Below are positions 55,401 through 64,000 of a stretch of DNA of 64,000 nucleotides, piece after piece. Position numbers and translations under genes: made by a program. This DNA comes from Dictyostelium discoideum. Taxonomy: Eukaryota. Where the stretch lies: the NCBI GenBank assembly GCA_000004695.1, contig CM000150.2, positions 2,560,001-2,624,000 of the forward strand, given 5' to 3'. The notes under the pieces are model-generated. The model worked only from the letters and a program-made list of their open reading frames with translations. It did no database searches and was not told the DNA's origin. Positions within the stretch are counted from its first letter, which is position 1; each line of letters starts with the position of its first letter.

Positions 55401-58400
55401 AATGAGTCTTCCAAAAGATCTTAAAGATTTGAAATTTGATTCAACAAATTCACCTGATAAGGTATTTAAAATAACATCAATCTTTGATTCTAATTGATTT
55501 GAATATTCTTTATCTCTTGTACTAAAAATATTTTCACCATCTTCTTTGAAAAGATTATTAAAATTATCAATTAAAAATTTCTTCTTTTCATTTGATCCAA
55601 CTGTTGCGTAAACATTTGTTAATGGTTGTTGTTGTTGATTTTTCATTTTCAATAGATTTAATGATGCTAAACCAACACCACCAGTTGCTGAATGAATTAA
55701 AATGCTTTCTTCATTTGATAATTGACCAATGTTGAATAAACTATACCATGCAGTACAATAAACTACCGGAATTGAGGCAGCTTCAGAGAAAGAGATTGTA
55801 TCAGGTTTTAAGATTACAAGATCCTTGTTGGTAACAACATGTGAACCTAAACTATGACGAGCAAATCCAAAAACATTTTGACCAACTGAATATTCAGTAA
55901 CATTTGAACCGATTCTAGTGATAACACCACTACATTCTAAACCATATGGTGGATTATAGATATCACCCATTCTAAAGATTTCTTGTGGTAATAAACCTTT
56001 GTAAAATAGATTATCTTTGAAATTAATACCAACGCATTCTACTTTAATTTCAATTTGATTTTCAGTTAGCATTGATTGTTTAATTGCATATTTATATGAT
56101 AAATCTGATGATGCTTTACAATATAAATTTGAAGAATCAGTTTCAAATGCATTTGAACTCTCTAATAATTGTTTATTCTTGAAAATTCTAGAAACAAACA
56201 TTAATCCCTTCTTAAAGATGAATTCATTATCAGAGAATTTACTATTTGAAAATATTGGTTTCAATAATGATTGGAGTGAATAATCATTTGTATCCAAATC
56301 AATTGATGTAATTGATAAATTTGGATATTCATTCATTGATGTTCTTGAAATACCAATTAAAGATCTAGAATAGAATGATCTAGAAATTCTTTCACTTTGT
56401 TTTGTAATTAATAATACCTTTGGTGGTTTTTTATCATTTGATGATGATGCTGTTGTTGAAATCAAATTTAATAATTTAACATATTCAAATGATTGTTCTT
56501 GATAATTATTTTCTAATAAATCATATCCTAATAAACAAAATACTAATAAAGATTTTTGAATTTTCTCTAAAACTGAATTTGTAGAATTTAAAACATCCTT
56601 TGAATCAATAATTTCGATGGTTTTACAAAGTGATGTTGCCTCTTGAATATATTCAATAACCTTTGGGTATGATTTCATATTAGTTAATTGTTGACTATTT
56701 AAAACAATTACAATTGAACCAGATGATAAACCATTATTAATTGTAGTTGCTAATTTCATTTGTGAAATTGATTCTTTTTGACAATGTAAAATAAATGAAT
56801 GAGAATCTACATCTTTTTCACCACCAATAAATGATACATTTGAAAATCCACCATAACAATTTGATGATGATGATGATTCATTATTTAAAGATTGATTTAA
56901 TAATAATTGGTTCCATTGTGATTCTGATAATGAACAATGAGTAGTTCTAATATCATCATAGTAATTCCACCATTGATTGAAACAACCAAAAACTAAATCA
57001 CTAAAGACAACATTTGATTTAGGTTCAATACATAATAACCAACCTCTTGGTGATAATAATTTATAAAGTTGTTCAATACTGAATTTAATATTTGAAACTG
57101 CATGAATTACATAAGCCATTAAAACAATATCATAATCACCCATTAAGAAATCTGAACTATTGATGATTTCTTTTTCTAAATCCAACACAGAGAATTTAAA
57201 TGTAACATTTGGATAAAGGTTACACATTGTCTCTTGAATTTCACCAATGATAAAGTTTGCTGAAATATCTGTAAATGTATATTCGATTATTATATTATAA
57301 CCGCTACCACCATTACTATTTAATGTTGATAAGTAAGTATTTAATTTTGTTAAAACAACATTTGAAAGTGAACCAGTACCAGCACCAATTTCTAAAATTC
57401 TAAAAACTCTTTTCTCTCTAACTATTGGTCTAATTGATTCTAACACCATTTCAGAGACCCTTTCCAAGTAGAAACGAGTTGAATTTGAATTTGAATAGAA
57501 TCTAGTTAATAGATTATCTTGAAACAATGTCATTGATGATTGTTTATCATTTTCAAATAACAATTTTGGAATAATCATTGAAACTTTTTCAATTACTTCA
57601 AATTCTAAAAGTTGAACTTCACTTGGATACTTTAATTCAATGATTTCTTTTAATTCTTTTAATTCCTTTTCATTCAATATCTTTGGATATTGTTTAATGA
57701 TTGAAATAATTCTTGTAAAGAATCTAAGATATTCTTTTGAAATTGATAATGATTCCATAAGTTGGTCATCATTTAAATGATTCTCCAATGAATTGATATC
57801 GAATGATTGTTGATTTTTATATTTTTCATGATTAATTAATTCTTTATGAATTATTGAAGAACAATATTGTTCAAATTGAATGTCCTTAAGAATGGTTGAT
57901 CTAATGAACGATGGATTTGAATTTAATGGTGATTGTTGTTGAATTTGTTGTGGTGTTGGAATTGGTGAATCTTTTGATTGCCATTCAATTGAAAATGTTT
58001 CATCCAATGGAGATTCAATTGTTTCATTTGTTTTTGTTGATTTTGGATTAGTTGATTTAATTATAAATTTACCAATTGATAAAATTAAACTACCATCTTT
58101 TGTAAATAATTTACATGTACCTTCTGATGAGAATGAAGTTGCCTTTGAAATTGTAGTATAAAGGTAGAATTGAACATTACCAACTGATGTTTGATTAAAT
58201 GAACCAATATTTTCGAGATAGATTGAAACTGATGAAATACTTTCAACAACAAATGAACCTTTTTCATTAATTAAAGTTAATAAACCATGGAAACAATTAT
58301 CTAAAAGGCATGGATTTAAAATTGTTGTAAATAAAGTATCCTCTGGTAATGAAAGTGTTGCAAATGAACAATCTTTACCAGTTTCAATGGTATCAACCAC

Positions 58401-61400
58401 TTGGAAGAGTGAATTATATTGTAATCCAAGATTCTTTGAAATCTTATCATACAATTCAAATTTGTCAAGTTTTGAAATGTCACAACGATTTCTAAGTATT
58501 TGTAAATCTTGTTTCTTTGATAAAGTTAATGTTGATGATGGTGATGGTTGTTGTTGTTCTAATGAAATGGTTGCTTTACAAGTATTTGTCCAAGTTTCAT
58601 CACTCATTGATTTAACTTTTGATTGATCTTCAACAGTATCCTTTATGAAAAAGTTTACAGAGAATGCTGACTTTTTAGTAACAATTGGTTCAAATGATGA
58701 TTGTAGAGTTTGTAATTTATTCTCAGTTAAATGAATTGGGTTTAAGAATTGAATTTTATCAACATTGATTATATATGAGTTTGAACTATCTGATGAATTC
58801 AATTGTTGTTTTTGATAATCAAAGAATTCAATTATTATATCTAAATAACCAGCACCTGGGAATACTGGTTTACCATTTACTAAATGATCTAATAAATATT
58901 TGTAATTATCTGATTGTAAATCTAAAACACTTTGAAATACTGGGAATGAATAAATGATTCTGTGACCAAGCAATGAAGTTGTTGGACCCTCTAATCTATT
59001 CTTTCTTGAAATTAATGGTTCACTCCAATATTCATCTTGTTCCCATTGATATCTTGGTAAAGAATTTGTTGTCTCTTTAAATGAATTTTGTTTAACATTA
59101 TTCAAATGATGATCATTATTAACATTGTCACAAATTGAATTTAATTGAAAATTGAAATCAACATTTACACCATTGAAGTATAATTGAGAAACAAATTTTT
59201 TATATGAATTGTTTGAATTCTCTTTTCTATTCAATGGGCAAAGTACTGATGAAGAATTCTTGTTTGATGATGGAATTGATTTTTTAATTAAACTAAATAA
59301 AGTTGGATGTGGAGCAATTTCAACATAAATGACCTTTTGATTGGATGGATAATGTGATTTGATATATGATGTTATACTTTCGATTGTTTTTTGAAATAAA
59401 ACTGGTTCTCTAACATTATCATAGATATGTTGGGCTGTAACATGACCACTCAAGACTTGTCTACCAGTTACTGTTGAGAATAATGGAATTTCAGTTTCAC
59501 CAGTTGATTGTAAATTTGAAAGTTCTTCAAACATTGAACCTTTGATAACTTCTTGGTGACTACTATGGAATGAACATGGTGATCTTAAGAATGTATTAAA
59601 GATTTGATTCGATTCATCGGATAACTTAATTGACAATTCTTTTAATCTTTCTTCATTACCTGTGACAACGATTGAATCTGGTGCATTGTAACAAGCGATT
59701 TCGATATCTGACCATTCGGCGCTAAATTGATCATTCCATTGTTTAAAACCCATTGAAACCACTAACATTTTACCTGATCCCATTGTTTTATTTTGATTTG
59801 AACTTCTTACATATACTATTTTACAAGCGGTCTCTAAACTAATAATACCCGATAAATAGTAAGATGATACTTCACCAAAACTATGACCAACTGAAATTGA
59901 TGGATAAATACCCCAATATTTGAATAATTCAACTAAACCAATTTGTAATAAAAACAATGATGGTTGTGCAACAATTGGATGATTAATTGAATCATCATTA
60001 TCATCAATCTTTGATAATACATTTAAAATTGAATAACCAAAGTATTTATATAAAATTGAATCTACATGATCAACTGTATTCTTGAATACATTTTCGCTAT
60101 TATATAATGTTTTAATCATTCCATTCCATTGTGGTCCTTGTCCACAAAATACAAATACTAATAATGGTTCAATATCATTTATAGTTGATGTAGTAGTTGT
60201 ATTGATTTGATTTGCGCTATCAATACCGCGATTACTACTACTACTACCACCTTCGCCATCTTTACTTTCGATTAAATTATGAAACTCATTTGATCCCTTT
60301 ATAAAGGAATTCCAATCGTTTGCAATTGTAGTCATTCTATTTGATAAATTATATTGTTTAGATTTAATTTGAAATTTTACAAAATCATCAAATGAAATAT
60401 CTTTATGATAATTTGAATTCGTCTTTATCAAAATTAAATATTTATCTAATGATTTTTTAGTTTTACTTGAAATTGGTATTAAATAATCTATATTATTATT
60501 ATTATTATTATTGTTATTACTAAAAAATAAATAATGTTAATGGTTGAACTTTTAAATATAACTTTTTTTTAAAATTTTAAAAAATTACTTACCAAATTGT
60601 TGAATTATTTTTAAAATTATTATTATATTCTTGAATTATTAAATGACAGTTTGAACCTCCAAATCCAAAACTATTAATTCCAATATTTACCAATTTATCG
60701 GTTGGAAATTGTCTAATTTCTCTAATTACAGAGATATTATATTGATCGAATGGAATTGATGGATTTAAATTTGAACAATTAATTGATGGAACTAACATAC
60801 GATTTTTAAGCATTAAACAACATTTAATTAATGATGCAATTCCAGCAGCTGATTCTAAATGACCAATATTTGATTTAAATGATCCAATTAATAATGGTTC
60901 TGGTGAGGTATTATCGTCATCGTCGTCGTCGTTGTCGTTACCATCAGTGGAAAAATTATTTAATTGATTATTGTTTGAATTGCTAAATATTTTTGATAAA
61001 GCTTTAACTTCAATTGGATCACCAACTGGTGTACCTGTACCATGAGCCTCAATGTAATATATATCGGATGGTGACAAGGACGCTTTCTCCATTGCTTTTG
61101 AGATATTAATTGATTGAGCTTCACAAGATGGAGTAGTTAAACTATTCTTATCACCATTGGAAGCGCCGTCTTCATTGGAAGAAACTCCTTTAATTACGCC
61201 ATATATTCTATCACCGTCGAGTTTAGCTTGTTCCAATGATTTCAAAACAACAACACCGGCACCTTCTGAACGTACATAACCCGAAGCTTGATCAGAGAAT
61301 GAATTGCAACGGCCATTTTCACTTAATACACCTAATTTACTGAATGCCACACTTGTTGATGGATCAAAGAGTGCATTTACACCACCGCAAATTGCAATTT

Positions 61401-62117
61401 TACACTCACCCATTTGAATCGATTGAACACCTAAATTTACCGAAACTAATGAAGATGAGCATGCTGTATCAACGGTTATTGAAGGTCCACGGAAATCGAA
61501 ACAGTATGAAATACGATTTGAATTTAATGATGAATTTGAACCCGTCATTGTGTAAGGTGATATTGAATAGTTATCTTGAAAACCTAACTTTGTATAATCA
61601 TTATTAGAAACACCAATAAAAACACCAGTATTTGAACCACGTAATTCATCTGGACGAATATATGCATCTTCTAATGATTCCCAAACAATTGATAATAATA
61701 ACCTTTGTTGTGGATCAATAAATGGTGCTTCTCTTTTTTTTTTTTTTTTTTTTTTTTTATAAATTTTAAAATAATAAGTTGGAAAAATAAAAAAATAAAA
61801 AAAAATTAATATTTTAACCCAATAAAAAAATAAAAAAAAAAAATGACTTACTTTGGACCAATTCCAAAAAATAAAGGATCAAAATTTTTCCATTCTGAAT
61901 CTTTTAAAAAACCACCAAATTTATTTTTGATTAATCCCATTTCTCTAAAAGATGTAGCCCATCTCTCTTTTGGAACTTGAGTAATAGCATCAAAGCCATC
62001 TAATAAATTATTCCATAATGACTCTGGATCGTTTGAGTTACCTGGAAATCTAAAACCAACTCCAATTACTGCTACATCTGAAGAGTTTGGTGATTGGATT
62101 TTTGAATTTTTATTCAT
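52482..62117 (-). CDS. stlA: Steely-type hybrid polyketide synthase, KS-AT-DH-cMT-ER-KR-ACP fused to a C-terminal type III (chalcone-synthase-like) PKS; exons 62117-61852, 61732-60593, 60519-52482 (3147 codons); probably Steely1
   Basis: KS: DTACSSSL, plus the junction FFGIGPK|EAPFIDPQQRLLL. Intron 1 GTAAGT..AAAAAG (119 nt, phase 2); intron 2 GTAAGT..TTTTTTAG (73 nt, phase 2). AT GHSFGEVSS; DH HLVNGKPVFPGAGYLD; MT ILEIGAGTGSLS; ER LIHSATGGVGLAS; KR LLITGQSGLSIPLLNWLL; ACP LKHYGLDSLL. C-terminal type III PKS with active-site Cys in MGCLAGLSSL, plus HTGGKS, YGNMSSASV and AFGPGLAFEG. The spliced length of 3147 aa matches my recollection of Steely1 (StlA) rather than Steely2, but the paralogue assignment is unverified. 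Confidence 0.88.
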
Positions 62118-62138
62118 TTTTTTAATTTAAAAAAGAAT

Positions 62139-62142
<4 letters not shown>

Positions 62143-62192
<50 letters not shown>
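62143..62192. repeat. T50 homopolymer (A50 on the coding strand) 26 bp upstream of the PKS ATG
   Basis: Seen directly. Long A/T homopolymers flank many genes here. Confidence 0.9.
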
Positions 62193-62197
<5 letters not shown>

Positions 62198-62382
62198 TTG
62201 TTTAAATAAACGTTTTAAAAATATAAAAACAAAAAATAAAATGATAAACGATTTATATAAATGATGGAAATATGAAAAAAATTGTAATTTAAATTAAATA
62301 AACAAAACAAAAATTTTGAAGTTTTGTTTTTTTTTTTTTTTTTAATTTATTTAATTAAATTATTATTAAATTATTATTATTA

Positions 62383-62419
<37 letters not shown>

Positions 62420-63018
62420 ATAATTAACAAATAAAAAAAAGTTGATAAAAATTAAAAAGACACACTTATTTAATACAATATTTACAAATTTTAGAAGGTA
62501 TTATACAAAAAACAAAAAAAAAAAATACAATTTTTACTATTGGTAATAATTTCTAAGTTGGTTAATTTATGTGCTATGGACGATGGAAAATAATATTTAA
62601 TTTTAAACTAAAAAAAGAAATTATAAAAATAAATATATAAAAAAATAATAATAAATAAAAATATAAAAAAAGAAAATAAAGATAATATATAAAGGGTGGT
62701 GTGTGTTTAAATGGAAATTTAAAAAAACAATAAAAGATAAAAATAAGATTTATCTAAACAAATAATATTTTGATATTGACGCGTTATTTAGTATTACAAA
62801 TTTAATATTATATTATATTAATTTTTTTTTTTTATTTTTTTATTTTTTTATTTTTTTTTTAATTATAAAAAAAATTATATATGGTATGAATTATAATTAT
62901 AATTTGGAACGAAATAAAAAATAAATTAAAATAAATATTAAATTTATATTATATAAAAAAAAAAAAAAATTTTTGTGTTTTATATAAATAATTTAAAAAT
63001 TAATTAAATCTAATGATA

Positions 63019-63057
<39 letters not shown>

Positions 63058-63292
63058 GTACAGTTGTGTAATGGTAGAAGTGATAATATTATAATATTAT
63101 AAATATAACTATATTTATTATTATTATTATTTTTTTTTTTTTTTATTTTTTTTTTGGAATTAAATAATTTTTTTTTTTTTTTTAATTTATAGTAAATGAA
63201 AAAAAATTATTTTATTAAAAAAAAAAAATTTTTTACTTTATGATTATTATTTTTACAATGAATCTTAAAATTTTTTTTTTTTTGAGGAATGA

Positions 63293-63323
<31 letters not shown>

Positions 63324-64000
63324 GGATATTTATACCCAAAAAATTAAATCAAATTTAATAAAAAAAAAAAAAAAGAAAAAAAATTAAAAAATAAAAAAAA
63401 AAAAAAGAAAAAAAAACAATTTAACTAAAAAAATGAATGGAGTACAAAATTATGCAAAAGGTTTTGGTTGATAGTTTTGCAAAGGCCAGAAGAGTAAATT
63501 CCAAATAAAGAAAAAGGGAAATAAAAATAAAAAAAAAATAAAAAAAAAATTAAAAAAAAATATATTAATAATAAAAACCAAAAAATTAATATATAAAAAA
63601 AAAATCTGATTAGTAGGTAACTCAACCTATCTACTGTTGGTGTTGGCACACGCACCACAAAATAAAGGAATATTTTTTTTCACAAAAGTAGTGCCTAACC
63701 TCACCAAACCATTAAATAAAAAAAAAATTAAAAAAAAAAAATAAAAAAAATGAAAAAAAAAAAAAAAAAAAAAAAAAGTAAAATGTGAATGGAAGTGGTT
63801 ACTAAAAAAAATGTTGGTATTGATTGGGCGAGATATTTTTTTTTGACGTGAAAAGACTAAACTTGTATTGATCTTGGTTCAGAATACGTTAATTTTTGAA
63901 AAAACACATTAAAGGAAAAAAAAATAATTATTTTAAATTAAAAAAAAAAAATTAAAAAAAAATATAAAAATTAAAAAATAAAATTAAAAAAATAATCTGC

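Noticed and set aside
63425-63658. 77-aa minus ORF upstream of the PKS
   Set aside because: F/L/I-rich translation of AT-rich promoter DNA; no domain, no start context.

Overview
The window is typical Dictyostelium discoideum-type nuclear chromosomal DNA. It is extremely AT-rich, with long homopolymer and (AAT)n tracts, coding poly-N/Q runs, and short (73-140 nt) AT-rich GT..AG introns. I support about 25 protein-coding genes, one tRNA-Lys(CUU), several microsatellites and several GC-richer non-coding islands. Most genes are split by introns that the ORF track does not model, so I re-stitched them by hand (donor GTAAGT/GTATGT/GTAAAT, acceptor (A/T)nAG, with phases checked). Highlights: (1) a Steely-type hybrid polyketide synthase (FAS-like type I PKS fused to a C-terminal chalcone-synthase-like type III PKS), 3 exons summing to 3147 codons, probably stlA; (2) a roughly 3530-aa type-I membrane protein made of 8 alternating A/B beta-type repeats plus laminin-type EGF clusters; (3) a perfect DUSE (ACCCATAA) ncRNA-promoter element about 60 nt upstream of a GC-richer, T-run-terminated roughly 150-nt ncRNA candidate ending ACA-NNN, inside an unusually large 3.2-kb intergenic region; (4) a second GC island sharing a 16-nt hairpin with that candidate; (5) a diverged tandem duplicated promoter module upstream of an SDR gene; (6) tRNA-Lys abutting a GC-normal block with a 64-nt homopolymer, possibly a tRNA-targeted retroelement remnant. 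Other genes: mitochondrial EF-G, a bZIP factor, two SDRs, an AAMP-like WD40 protein, a TRM44-like methyltransferase, a membrane-anchored S8 subtilase, a mitochondrial carrier, an IPT/TIG (Tgr-like) membrane protein, a NIF3 protein, a CBS-domain protein, a TBC/GRAM RabGAP, a FERM protein and several small or membrane proteins of unknown function. There are no prokaryotic features (no CRISPR, no operons).
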